The notes: generated by a model from the letters alone, not told the origin. A DNA stretch of 64,000 nt from an uncultured Alphaproteobacteria bacterium (GCA_963753045.1 CAVWAT010000011.1:21306-85305); one strand, 5' to 3'; shown: positions 1 to 9,640, counted from the first letter of the stretch. Made by a program: numbers and translations.

Positions 1-12
1 GCCTTCACCGGC

Positions 13-1332
13 GTGATTGATGAGATCCTGGCGGCTGACAAAGATCGTCCCAAGAAGCAGCGGCACACGTCCAAGCGGATCTTCGAGCGGCTGCGCGACG
101 AGCACGGTTTTACCGGCGGCATCACGATCGTGAAGGACTACGTCGCGGGCTGGCGCCAGCGGAGCCAGGAGATGTTCGTGCCGCTCGCGCATCCGCCGGG
201 GCATGCGCAGGCCGACTTTGGCGAAGCGCTGGCCATCATCGGCGGGGTCGAGCGCAAGATCCACTTCCTGGCGATCGATCTGCCGCACTCCGATGCGATC
301 TTTGTCGTGGCCTATCCGGCGGAGACGACGGAGGCGTTCTGTGACGGCCACGTCAGGGCGTTCGAGTTCTTCGGCGGCGTGCCGCAATCGATCCTCTACG
401 ACAACACCAAGATCGCCGTTGCCCGCATTCTCGGCGATGGCCGCCGCCAGCGCACGCGCGTGTTCAGCGAACTGCAATCGCATTACCTGTTTACGGATCG
501 GTTCGGCCGTCCCGGCAAGGGTAACGACAAGGGCAAGGTCGAGGGGCTTGTCGGCTACGCGCGGCGCAACTTCCTGGTGCCGATCCCGGTGTTCGACAGT
601 TTCGATGCGTTGAACGCGCATCTTGCTGGAGCGCTGCCGGAAGCGGCAGGGCGACCGGCTGCGCGGTCATGACGGGACGATCGGCGAGCGGCTGGAGCAT
701 GACCTCGCCGTCTTCCAGAAGCCGCTGCCAGCGCCTTACGACGCCTGCGACAAGCGCCCGGGTCGCGTCAACTCGCTGTCGCTCGTGCGCTACCGCAACA
801 ACGATTACTCAGTGCCGACAGCCTACGGACACCAAGAGGTTCTGATCCGTGGCTACGTCCATGAGGTCGTGATCTCGTGCGGCGCGCGAGATCATCGCGC
901 GGCATCCGCGCTCCTATGAGCGCGAGGACTTTGTGTTCGATCCGCTGCACTACCTGGCGTTGCTCGAACAGAAGACCAACGCGCTGGATCAGGCCGCACC
1001 GCTCAGCGACTGGGTGTTGCCGGAGGCGTTCGCAACGCTGCGCCGACTGCTCGAAGCGCGCATGGGCAAAAAGGGCAAGCGGGAGTTCGTCCAGGTGCTG
1101 CGCCTGATGGAGACGTTCACGCTGGATGATGTCGCGGCCGCCGTGCGACGACGCCATTGAGCGCGGCGCGGTTGGCTTTGATGCCGTCAAGCATCTGGTC
1201 CTGTGCCGGATCGAGCGGCGGCCGCCGCGGCTGGACATGACGATCTATCCGTATCTGCCCAAGGCCGTCGTCGCGACGACATCGGCGCGGTCGTACATGG
1301 ATCTGCTGCTGGCACAGGAGGTGGCAGCATGA
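13..1332 (+). pseudogene. istA: IS21 transposase IstA, split over several frames
   Basis: AQADFGE, SILYDN, GNDKGKVEGLVGY motifs; the frame continues through ORFs 623-919, 933-1160 and 1126-1332. Confidence 0.9.
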
Positions 1333-2175
1333 CCGACACGCCGCAGATCCTGCTGGCGCATCACCTCAAGGCGCTGAAGCTGCCGACGTTCCTGCGCGAG
1401 TACGACAAGGTCGCCCAACTGTGTGCGGCCGAAGGCGTCGATCATCCCCGCTACCTGATGCGGCTGGCCGAACTGGAGATGATCGATCGTGAGCGGCGCA
1501 TGGTCGAACGCCGGATCAAGGCGGCCAAGTTCCCGACCGTCAAAAGCCTCGACAGCTTCGACTTCTCGGCGTTGCCATCGCTCAACAAGATGGCGGTGCT
1601 GGAGCTGGCGCGCTGCGATTACATTGAGCGGCGCGAGAACATCATTGCCGTCGGCAACTCCGGCACCGGCAAGAGCCACATCGCCCTCGGGCTTGGTCTG
1701 GCAGCCTGCCAGAAGGGCTGTCGGTCGGCTTCATCACCGCTGCTGCCCTGGTGCACGAGACTGCATCGAAGCCCGCGACGAGAAGCGCCTGCTGCGCCTG
1801 CAGCGTCAACTGGCCGGCTACAAGCTGCTGATCATTGATGAACTGGGATACGTGCCGCTGTCGCCAACCGGCGCCGAACTGCTGTTCGAGGTGTTCTCGC
1901 AGCGATACGAGCGCGGCTCGACGATGGTCACCAGCAATCTGCCGTTCGACGAGTGGACATCCGTGTTCGGCTCGGAGCGCCTGACCGGCGCCTTGCTCGA
2001 CCGCCTCACCCACCACGTCCACATCCTGGAGATGAACGGCGACAGCTACCGCCTCGCCGAAAGCAAACGCCGCTCACGCAAAGCCAAGCCGCCACCGGCA
2101 GCAACCCACCAAGAAATAAGACGAACAAGCAAGAAGGCCCCCGATATCGGGGGCCTTCTTGCTTGCCGTCAGTGA
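1329..2175 (+). pseudogene. istB: IS21 AAA+ helper ATPase IstB, frameshifted near 1720-1760
   Basis: Walker A GNSGTGKS, Walker B LLIIDE, TSNLPF, ALLDRL; ATG overlaps the istA stop. Confidence 0.9.
2126..2165. terminator. 40-bp perfect palindrome near the istB 3' end (possible bidirectional terminator)
   Basis: caagcaagaaggcccccgat|atcgggggccttcttgcttg. Confidence 0.6.
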
Positions 2176-2223
2176 TGTACTTTTGCTCCGGCCAACTGAT
2201 GCAAAATTACTCCGGCGTTGACA

Positions 2224-2998
2224 TCTCAATTTCCTCGCGCTTGAACATCGCGCCCTGAACATCATCGAGAATCTCAGCGTGCATCTCCTGGAGTGCGATT
2301 CGTGTGCCGCCGAATTCGGCCTCCATTGCCTCGATGTAACCGGGCGGAAGCGCGATGTTGTCCGTTGTCTTACCCTTGATAAGCCGCACACCCTCACCGT
2401 CGCGCTTCACCATCTCCCTCAGCCACTCAACGGGCTTCGGCGTGGTGAAAATCAGGATGCGCGGGCTTGCGCTTTTGCGTAGGCAGAGGTTGGTGTTGCT
2501 CCACAGCTCAGCCCAGTTTTTAGGGGTGATGTTGCACGCCTCGTCTATCAGGGCGCAGTCGATCTCAGGACCACGAAGACGACCCGGCTTTTCAGCGCTG
2601 AAACCTCGGATTTGAGAGCCGTTAGCAAAGTCAATTGTCAGCTTACTCTTGTTGTAAGCGGTCTCCAACGACCCGCCAGCGAGCAGCCATTCAGGGCATA
2701 TTGTGGCAATGCCGGACACTCCTTCAAAGTTGGTCATCTGAAGGTCGTTTATCGTTGGCGCTATGAAGGCAAGGCGCTGTTTGGCCCGTCTGGCGGCACG
2801 CCATATTGCCTCATTAGACGATGCGAAGGTCTTTCCCCATGCGCGCCCCGCGAGTGCGATTGTTGTGCGTTCCCCCTGGTCAAGAATGATCTGCTCGGGT
2901 CTGAGCATGTCCAAGACCTTTAGCCGCCATTGGATCAACCGTTGCACTTCGGGTGGTAGGTCTGGAAGCACCTCCAGAAGTTGTGATTCCGGAGTCAT
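2224..2998 (-). pseudogene. Phage terminase large subunit, ATPase half only, interrupted by IS21
   Basis: Walker A AGRAWGKT, FSAEKPGRLRGP, Walker B ALIDE, TTP coupling motif; the frame runs into the IS21 end at 2223 and the nuclease domain is absent from the window. Confidence 0.88.
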
Positions 2999-3540
2999 GT
3001 CGTCGCTTTTTTCGTGGCCACGGCATCGAGCAAATCAGCGATGCTGCCCAACTCAATTTTCGGAGACGCTAACTCGTTGTCTTTATCGAACAGGTTCACA
3101 TGGCGTGCTAGGGCGTCGAGAGCTTTCATGCGGTCCGCGAGTCTAACTTCAATCGTCTGGTCTTTGCCCCGCTTCTGCTGCACGTGGCTGATTGCCAACA
3201 GCTGGTCCTCAGTCATCTCGTCACTGCTTTTGAGGGTGACTTTTCCGTTATCCCAGCGGTAGTAATCCTTGGGGTTGGCGTTGGCGATCGCGATGTATCT
3301 GCGCAAAACCCAAGCGGCGTCGACGGCAAATTGCTCTTCACTTTGTTTCTTAACTTGATTGGATAACTCTCTAATCCTTATGGCAACCTTATCGTTCGTC
3401 GCCAGCTGGCTTGCTGCCACATGGATTGATTCCGGCTTCATGCGAGAGGTGCTGTAAACCGCCTTGTAGGCCTCTGTCGCAGACCCATGCAAAGCCACAT
3501 GCTGAGCGAAGGCTGCCTGCTTCTTGGTTAGCTGTTTCAT
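2995..3540 (-). CDS. Phage terminase small subunit
   Basis: LTKKQAAFAQHV..SATEAYKAVY N-terminal HTH pattern, DRMKALDALARH; overlaps the terL start. Confidence 0.85.
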   Translation of the reverse strand: MKQLTKKQAAFAQHVALHGSATEAYKAVYSTSRMKPESIHVAASQLATNDKVAIRIRELSNQVKKQSEEQFAVDAAWVLRRYIAIANANPKDYYRWDNGKVTLKSSDEMTEDQLLAISHVQQKRGKDQTIEVRLADRMKALDALARHVNLFDKDNELASPKIELGSIADLLDAVATKKATT

Positions 3541-3791
3541 TCGTCGTCACCTTGCAGTGCGGTCCTGATGTGACGGGCCAGTTTGCGACCCAAGCTGAAA
3601 GCGGCGCAGCCTTTACTGTTGCGTGCTGCGATGTCGGCTGCCTTCACGATTTCATGATCGACCGGATGGCCTCCCGGTATTTTGGCGAGGGCATCGATCA
3701 GCGTTAAATCGCCGATCACGAATGCAGCGTCGCGCCATAGCGTTAGCGTCCGGCGGGGAATTTCCAGCTCGTGCGTCATGATGGTTTCCAT
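3537..3791 (-). CDS. Hypothetical phage protein (84 aa)
   Basis: ORF overlapping the terS start, in the same co-oriented run. Confidence 0.6.
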   Translation of the reverse strand: METIMTHELEIPRRTLTLWRDAAFVIGDLTLIDALAKIPGGHPVDHEIVKAADIAARNSKGCAAFSLGRKLARHIRTALQGDDE

Positions 3792-3908
3792 TGCAGTAGT
3801 TGGGGGAGAAGAGCCTCATTATTCCCCCCGGAGAGGCTCCTCTCGACCCCGGCGTTGGACAGCGAGGATACAGCGCCAACTTTACGATGTGCGGGTGTGT
3901 GTTTCCGA

Positions 3909-4181
3909 TTACTGCTTGGCGCTTCGGCGCTTCTGGTCTTCGTCGTATTCCAGCTGTAGGGCGATCCAGCGGGATGCTGGCCACTCGTCGATCGCACCCA
4001 GCTTGTCGGCGAGGTAGTGCGATGCTGGAATTTGGCCCTTCATGAACCATTCCAGCTGCCATAGTGGAATGCCAAGCGATTTAGCTATCAGGACTGGTGA
4101 TTCGTTGCTCTGCTCGACTATTGCGTACTGGAACACCGCGCCCGGATCGGGGACTGTTCTGAAGATTGCTAGGCGATCCAT
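3909..4181 (-). CDS. XRE/HigA-like helix-turn-helix protein
   Basis: IAKSLGIPLWQLEWFMKGQIPAS..LADKLG..WIALQLEYD resembles the HigA fold pattern. Confidence 0.6.
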   Translation of the reverse strand: MDRLAIFRTVPDPGAVFQYAIVEQSNESPVLIAKSLGIPLWQLEWFMKGQIPASHYLADKLGAIDEWPASRWIALQLEYDEDQKRRSAKQ

Positions 4182-4183
4182 GC

Positions 4184-4579
4184 TCAGTGCCTCGTTGTGG
4201 CTTGCTCGGGATCGCAGGCGGTTTTGACCAGCTCCACCGTGATGTGCTCAGTGACGCTCTGCGCGATCCTGGAGCGCTCTTGGGCATCTGTACCGGCCAC
4301 GGTCAGGATCATGTGAACTATGGCTTCAGTAGCGCCTTTCAGCAGCGTGGGATCGCCTTGGACGGCAGCGTCGCGATCGTCGGGCTCGATAGGTAGCGCC
4401 CAGTGGGTTGGCTGTGGGTCCATAGGCGGAGCGCTTTGCGTGCCCCTGTTCGTCCATAGGCCGTCAGCGGTGCGTGACGCGATGTGAATGCGTTCCTGAC
4501 CGGCGATGCCGACCAATACCATTTGCGGATGATCTGGCGCCGTCTCTATGGGCTGCCAGTTGATTATGGGTTCAAGCAT
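4184..4579 (-). CDS. DUF551-like phage protein
   Basis: WQPIETAP N-terminus and PTHWALP motif. Confidence 0.7.
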   Translation of the reverse strand: MLEPIINWQPIETAPDHPQMVLVGIAGQERIHIASRTADGLWTNRGTQSAPPMDPQPTHWALPIEPDDRDAAVQGDPTLLKGATEAIVHMILTVAGTDAQERSRIAQSVTEHITVELVKTACDPEQATTRH

Positions 4580-4781
4580 ATTTGCCGATCCTCAGAGCTT
4601 TCTCGACATCAGAGCGCAGCAAGACCGGATGACCCATTGGCTTGCTGGTGTCGATCGCCGGTTTCGGCAACAAGCCGATCTTGACCAGCCGCATTACTGC
4701 ACAGCGCAGCACTCCGGCTAACTCCGCAACAGCGCGGCGGCCCAGGATGTGAGACTTCTCAGCGTCGTAGAGTGATATGTC
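4572..4781 (-). pseudogene. Second AlpA/excisionase-like HTH frame with no canonical start (missed by the ORF track)
   Basis: Hand translation gives ..HILGRRAVAELAGVLRCAVMRLVKIGLLPKPAIDTSKPMGHPVLLRSDVEKALRIGKYA*; the stop lies just inside the 5' end of the downstream gene. Confidence 0.55.
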
Positions 4782-4920
4782 TTATTGGCCCCTTATTGGC
4801 CGTTAATTAGCCCTTTAATAGCCGTTCTATTGGCGCCAAAGGTTAACGTGGCGAGAGAAGTGTAAGCGAATACAGCGGCTTGCGGCGCGTCGAATTGGCC
4901 CTTTTATTGGCCCCTTTTGG
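4781..4920. repeat. Cluster of degenerate 11-bp direct repeats (consensus ~cttattggccc)
   Basis: cttattggccc, cttattggccg, ttaattagccc, tttaatagccg, ttctattggcg, plus about 3 more copies at 4893-4920. Confidence 0.7.
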
Positions 4921-4927
4921 AACCCTG

Positions 4928-5263
4928 TTAGTTTCCCGACCCATTTGCAGCTGTCGCCCAATGCTTCGGCTTTTGACTGAAGGGCTGCCATTTCCTGATT
5001 TTGAGACACCTAGTGTCTTCCGTTGTCAGCCCAACGCCCTTAGCGATATCCATTCGGATTTGATGTTTGTCTTCTCCTGGAAAGTAGGTTTCAACCTTTC
5101 CAGTGATACCCTGCGCCGCCAATTCTCGGCAGGCAGTGAATTCGGGGTCTCTAGCGGCTTCAACGATGGTTTCTCCATTAAACGAGACATTGAACCGCTC
5201 GTGCTTACTGCCGTACCCAGACCGCCAAATCTCCGGACGATGGATCATGTAATTAGCCCCCAA
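4928..5263 (-). CDS. Hypothetical phage protein (111 aa)
   Basis: Co-oriented ORF with protein-like composition. Confidence 0.6.
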   Translation of the reverse strand: MGANYMIHRPEIWRSGYGSKHERFNVSFNGETIVEAARDPEFTACRELAAQGITGKVETYFPGEDKHQIRMDIAKGVGLTTEDTRCLKIRKWQPFSQKPKHWATAANGSGN

Positions 5264-5267
5264 ATAG

Positions 5268-5312
5268 AAAAACCGCCCTAGAACGCCAGTAGAGGGGTGC
5301 TAGAGCGGCTTT
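5268..5312 (-). terminator. Intrinsic terminator
   Basis: Minus strand GCCGCTCTAG..CTAGGGCGGT plus T5; the G-U pairs fit the minus strand. Confidence 0.55.
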
Positions 5313-5378
5313 GTTGTTTCCCGGTGGCGCAACCCCTGGAGCGGTCCTGAAAACCGCTGTGGGGTCGCCCCGTACACG

Positions 5379-5642
5379 CTAGCGTGCGTTTTCTTCGGGC
5401 ATATCGCACTGAAGGTAAGTTGCTGGGTCGTCAGTTGGCATGAAAGCCACGACATTGGCGTATGGGCCATCAGGATCGCCGTAGGTGACGATCGCGTATT
5501 GGTCCCTGGGTCCGTAAACCCCGTACGACTGACAACATTGGCGGCGGATTTTGTAATAGGCGCCGGACCACCGTCCTGGACCGGGCGGTGGCTTGGGGAT
5601 GTTCTTTTCCCACCTTTTGCGCTGTGCCTGACTGAATATCAC
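5379..5642 (-). CDS. Hypothetical phage protein (87 aa)
   Basis: ORF 9 bp downstream of rep, same strand. Confidence 0.6.
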   Translation of the reverse strand: MIFSQAQRKRWEKNIPKPPPGPGRWSGAYYKIRRQCCQSYGVYGPRDQYAIVTYGDPDGPYANVVAFMPTDDPATYLQCDMPEENAR

Positions 5643-5651
5643 CCCTCCTGC

Positions 5652-7172
5652 CTATGCTGCCATCTTCTGTTTGGTAAGCATTTTATCTACCTCAGACCAT
5701 CCGTTGATTAGGGAGTAATTCTCTCTGTGCTCCTCATAGTGCCGACCACGCCGAATCATCTCCTCGGCATACTCAAGCGTCTCTTGGTATCCGTGCCGAC
5801 CAACCACAATCTCGGCATTGTCATAGTCGCTTGCCATGTCGTCGGTGAATACGAAGCCGCAACCGCCCATTTCGTTGAAGCGAACCATGAACTGGTTGAT
5901 ATTAGTGATGCTGTCGGGCGGTGCCTTGTGCAGAGTGTTGGCGAGTTTGCAGGTGACCAACTTTAGCGAATTCATCCAAGCTTTGCGCTCAGCGCCGAAC
6001 TGCCTCTCGATTTCATCGTAGACGGTTTGCAGGGCGCGCCTTGGAGGCATATGGGGCTGGAGGGTCATGACACCAGCTGCAATGCGCACGATGGCTGCTG
6101 CCCCTGCTGGTGACGCGACCTGAAAGTGTACTCGGTTTTCAGTGTGGGTTTTCAGAAGGGCAATATGCTCGTCGACGCTGTAGACTGCTGCGACAGCTTC
6201 AAGGTCTTCCTGGTTCGCATCCTCGCCGCCTTCGACTTCATCAATCATGCCGAATGGTTTCAGTTGTTCGATCTGCCAGCGGTTCTTGTAGTCAGATTGA
6301 TCGATGCTGTTCATCCAGCCCAGGAGACGATCGATTTCAAACACTTCCTGAAAACAAAAATCATGTGGGTGCGTGTCGTTCGCTTGCGACGACACGTAGT
6401 CACCGTTAGGTGACCTGCGTGAACAGTTCTTAGTGCGTGGAGAGTTCTTCCTAAGTGTGTCTGCCCTCTTTGGGCATGCCCTCTTTGGGTATACCTTCTC
6501 TGGGTATGTGGCTTCCTCGATGTCCATTTGGGCGTCGGACGCAGATTTACGGTGCTCTTGAGCGTCCTCAGCTTGGGCATATGGCGCCTTGCTCTTGCAC
6601 AGGTAAACCCGGTTTCCAAGGCGGCCAGTTTCAGGGTTACGAGGCCTATATGACGTGATGTACTTAGATAGCTCCCTAAGGACCTTCTGCGCGACACGGA
6701 TCGAGAAACCGAATCGCTTTGCAATCTTGTTTGCGTATGTCTGGAGGTTTGCGCGAATGAACAACAGGACCGCAACCTGTCGGCTTGTCAGACTTCCATC
6801 AAACAGGTCTTCATAAGCCCTCTGATAGCCGCCTCGATTGCTCGGCATCTTCAGTTGCTCTTGGGCGTACTGCTTGACGTGGCGCCCTCTTTTTGGCTGC
6901 GAGCGCTCAAGGAACCCAAGCTCCTGAGCTTCCCTCTGTGCCTTGTAGTACCTATTCCGACAGAACCGGATACCACGTTGGCCGCTTGGCAGCGTAATAC
7001 CGAGACGAATATCATGCTCGTTGAATGCGTATCGATCACCAACAAACAATCCACGCATGGCCAGCATAACCAAGGTGTCCTCTGACACAGCTGGATTGAG
7101 CGTTAATTTGTGTGGCACCTCAGAAAACCGAACTTTCTGATGTTTCGTCTTTTGACTTTCAAAGTTAGTCAT
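5652..7172 (-). CDS. Putative replication initiator with tandem winged-helix regions (506 aa)
   Basis: Basic N-terminal HTH-like segments, internal iteron-like repeats, and position directly downstream of alpA. Confidence 0.6.
   Translation of the reverse strand: MTNFESQKTKHQKVRFSEVPHKLTLNPAVSEDTLVMLAMRGLFVGDRYAFNEHDIRLGITLPSGQRGIRFCRNRYYKAQREAQELGFLERSQPKRGRHVKQYAQEQLKMPSNRGGYQRAYEDLFDGSLTSRQVAVLLFIRANLQTYANKIAKRFGFSIRVAQKVLRELSKYITSYRPRNPETGRLGNRVYLCKSKAPYAQAEDAQEHRKSASDAQMDIEEATYPEKVYPKRACPKRADTLRKNSPRTKNCSRRSPNGDYVSSQANDTHPHDFCFQEVFEIDRLLGWMNSIDQSDYKNRWQIEQLKPFGMIDEVEGGEDANQEDLEAVAAVYSVDEHIALLKTHTENRVHFQVASPAGAAAIVRIAAGVMTLQPHMPPRRALQTVYDEIERQFGAERKAWMNSLKLVTCKLANTLHKAPPDSITNINQFMVRFNEMGGCGFVFTDDMASDYDNAEIVVGRHGYQETLEYAEEMIRRGRHYEEHRENYSLINGWSEVDKMLTKQKMAA
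6462..6506. repeat. Three 15-bp iteron-like repeats inside rep (putative origin)
   Basis: tgccctctttgggca, tgccctctttgggta, taccttctctgggta; unit is dyad-like (TGCCC-N5-GGGCA). Confidence 0.6.
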
Positions 7173-7180
7173 GTTAACTT
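7152..7180 (+). promoter_or_regulatory. Sigma70-type promoter antisense to rep, straddling its start codon
   Basis: TTGACT (7152-7157), 17-bp spacer, TAACTT (7175-7180). Confidence 0.6.
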
Positions 7181-7185
7181 AGTTC

Positions 7186-7246
7186 CATATTGTAGATAAA
7201 AATTAAGCCGCCCAGACCCGGCAAGGTCATTTGGGTGGCTTTTTTT
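7186..7246 (+). ncRNA. Putative ~60-nt countertranscript (antisense) RNA
   Basis: The promoter above, plus terminator stem agccgccca-gacc/ggtc-tgggtggct (G-U pair valid only on +) and T7 at 7240-7246. Confidence 0.55.
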
Positions 7247-7282
7247 GTGGCCTATGGGTTGGCGCGAATTGTGCCGGTTAGG

Positions 7283-7531
7283 TTACTTGATCTCGTTGAT
7301 ACGCAACGCTTCCTCAATCTCAGCACGCAGCCAGATTTTTTTGCTGCTCTTACCACCGCAACCAATCTTTCTCGGCGGCGGAATAATCTTTGCTGCGACC
7401 AGAGATTCCGCATTGCGACGGGTGATGCCGTAGCAGCTGAGGTCCTTGATGCCGACGATAGGCTTCTTGGTCGTCATATCCATTCCCATTCTCTCGCCGT
7501 GTGTGTGGTTTCCAAACAAAAAACACCGCAC
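7283..7531 (-). CDS. AlpA/excisionase-like HTH regulator
   Basis: Short basic protein ending PPPRKIG..IWLRAEIEEAL. Confidence 0.7.
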   Translation of the reverse strand: MRCFLFGNHTHGERMGMDMTTKKPIVGIKDLSCYGITRRNAESLVAAKIIPPPRKIGCGGKSSKKIWLRAEIEEALRINEIK

Positions 7532-8598
7532 AAGCGGATTGCCATGCGGTGTTCATCTGAGCATACGTGCGCTCAATTCTATTTGCATAATACACGGTAT
7601 AAGCTTCTATGGCAACCCATATTTAGTCATTTTATACTTTCTCGGCAGCAAACTGAGCCACCATCCGCCAATAGCCCCCAATTCATAGGCGTTAGCGCCG
7701 GGAACTTTTTTTCAATTATCTTGCATTCGGTCTGCAATTCGCTATGTTTCCGGTTCGGAATAGCCATCCGAGACGTCCATAGGCCACAAATACGGGACTA
7801 ATCACCAGCTCTGCCAAGGCTGTTGATTCGCACGAATTGAGGGGGCGGGAATCGATTGGCAGCGGTTCCCGCCTTTATTGCATCTTCTATTCCCGAGTCA
7901 TTTCCGATCGTTTTCGTTCCAGTTTTGTAAATAAGCTGGGAACTTGATTGTTCGCCCCCTCAAGAGCGCCGAGCTGCCTGGCACCGACGCTATCGCCCTT
8001 TCGCCTAGGTGGGCGACGGGCTTGCATCTCGCAACGAAACTTATTTGGGGCTCTCATCTAAGCAAAAACGTAGCGTTGAGGCTTGTAATCTGGTTCTGGC
8101 GCTCTGTTTCATTATTTGTTTCGGTCACCCAATGTTGAAGTTGTATGTCGGTCGCATGGCTCACGAGGTTGCTGCGTGAGAGCCGTTCTGCTTTGAAGGC
8201 TCAATATCCCGACACGTGATTAAATCCCTCTCAGCGGTCAACTGCGTGTCCCTTCCCAGGAAAGCCTCCAGACCTCCGGGAAGAATTGTTCAGGTCTAAC
8301 CCCTGCTTTCCGCCGCAAGGCATCCGCAATCCGCGCACTTTAAAAAGTCGGCGAGAATGAAAGAGGTTTGCAAAGGGTCGCCAAGCTGCATATACCGCCA
8401 CCCGTTTGAAAACAAAGAGTATAAATCGAGGCCCGGCGATCGATCCTTGAAGTTTCGACATGCCCTGGGTTGCATCGAAGGTAACGAAAGGTTTCCCCGA
8501 CATTGCCAGCGACGCGGTCGAAGACAAGCAGACATCACGTGACCAAGACTTCGGCCTGGTCCTTTCAGCTGCACTCAGAAGTTGTGAGGCTTGCCCAT

Positions 8599-8640
8599 AA
8601 AAGAAGCCCGACGCAGGGGTGTCCGAGAACCTGCGCCGGG
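8599..8640 (-). terminator. Intrinsic terminator-like hairpin
   Basis: Minus strand cccggcgcagg..cctgcgtcggg followed by cttctttt. Confidence 0.5.
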
Positions 8641-8787
8641 CCGGTGAACGGGTAGACCTGGAGGACGAATGCAAGCAGTGCTCACGCCCGGACGCCGTTC
8701 GCACTCCAGTAATATTCTGCGCCGCCTACGATGAACATCGGAACTTGAGAACCGCGCGATCGGATTTGTCGATCGCTGATCCGAAAA

Positions 8788-8825
8788 GGCCCGGCATTGG
8801 GGCTCGATCAACCCAATGCCGGGCC
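8788..8825 (-). terminator. 14-bp perfect inverted repeat, terminator-like
   Basis: ggcccggcattggg-N10-cccaatgccgggcc, with a T4 tail on the minus strand. Confidence 0.5.
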
Positions 8826-9407
8826 AAAATTTCAGGGAGCGCGAGGTGGTTGCGGCTTCAAAAGCGCTCGACCCGAATGGAACGCGATCGAGCATTGGTG
8901 CAATGACCGAACTGTGGCTCTCCGCGCCCCACGTTATATCGATTTGTTGATAAGCAGCGCTCGGTGCGCGCCGAACGAGTGCGGGGCCCACGTTTCACAT
9001 GGACCGTTCTGACGATGAGTTGGAAAGGCCGCCAGCTCAATCATCGACGGGGGGAGCGCGTCGATCTGCCAGAGAAACGTGTCATATTGGGAACTAGTTC
9101 TCGGCGTGTCGGACTTCCCCACAGAAGAGCGTCGCCGTGTGGAAAAAAGCCCCTGCAACCAGGGCATTTGGGCGACGCAAAACTGAAAGACTTTTTCTCG
9201 ATCAACCGGACTTGAGTTGCATTGTGAAGTGGTTCGTCGCCGCCACTGCCGTTGCTCAGCGGCTCACTGCCTTGGTATTCGCGCGGGTCGACATTTCAAC
9301 GCCGATTTGCGTTGCACAAAATAGAAACACTAAGTGATGGCAATCAGCCTATTCGAACAGCACAAGTGAGTGTAGCGGTTGAGGTGCAAGGGGGACTTGC
9401 AGAGGGA

Positions 9408-9464
9408 GAGGCGAGAGCAAACCAGGGTCGTTAACGGGGGGTTAATATGGTTCGCTCTCGCCTC
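9408..9464. repeat. 17-bp inverted repeat with inner ttaac/gttaa stem
   Basis: gaggcgagagcaaacca..tggttcgctctcgcctc (one mismatch). Confidence 0.5.
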
Positions 9465-9640
9465 AGCTGCAGCGATCACAGACGTTGGCCAAAAGTCCAA
9501 CCGGACGCGCAGACAATAATCGCGTAGCTGATCGCGCCGTTGAAAGCGAAGTCATTCTCGAAACACCCGCCATCAACTTGTAATGACGACTTTGAAATAA
9601 AGATGGCGCGTCAGTTGTATAGGTCTTTCTGGTGGCTTGG

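Larger units (their letters stand above)
1..2223 (+). mobile_element. IS21-family insertion sequence (left end outside window)
   Basis: istA and istB ORFs, then a right end with two internal repeats (gatgtacttttgctccggc / gatgcaaaattactccggc) ending ...ggcgttgACA at 2223, the typical TG..CA IS21 terminus. Confidence 0.93.

Noticed and set aside
3909-4181. Complete HigBA toxin-antitoxin pair
   Set aside because: The neighbours show no RelE/HigB features; only the HTH resemblance is supported.
8220-8700. Group II intron fragment
   Set aside because: No GUGYG 5' end, no domain V motif and no reverse transcriptase on either strand.
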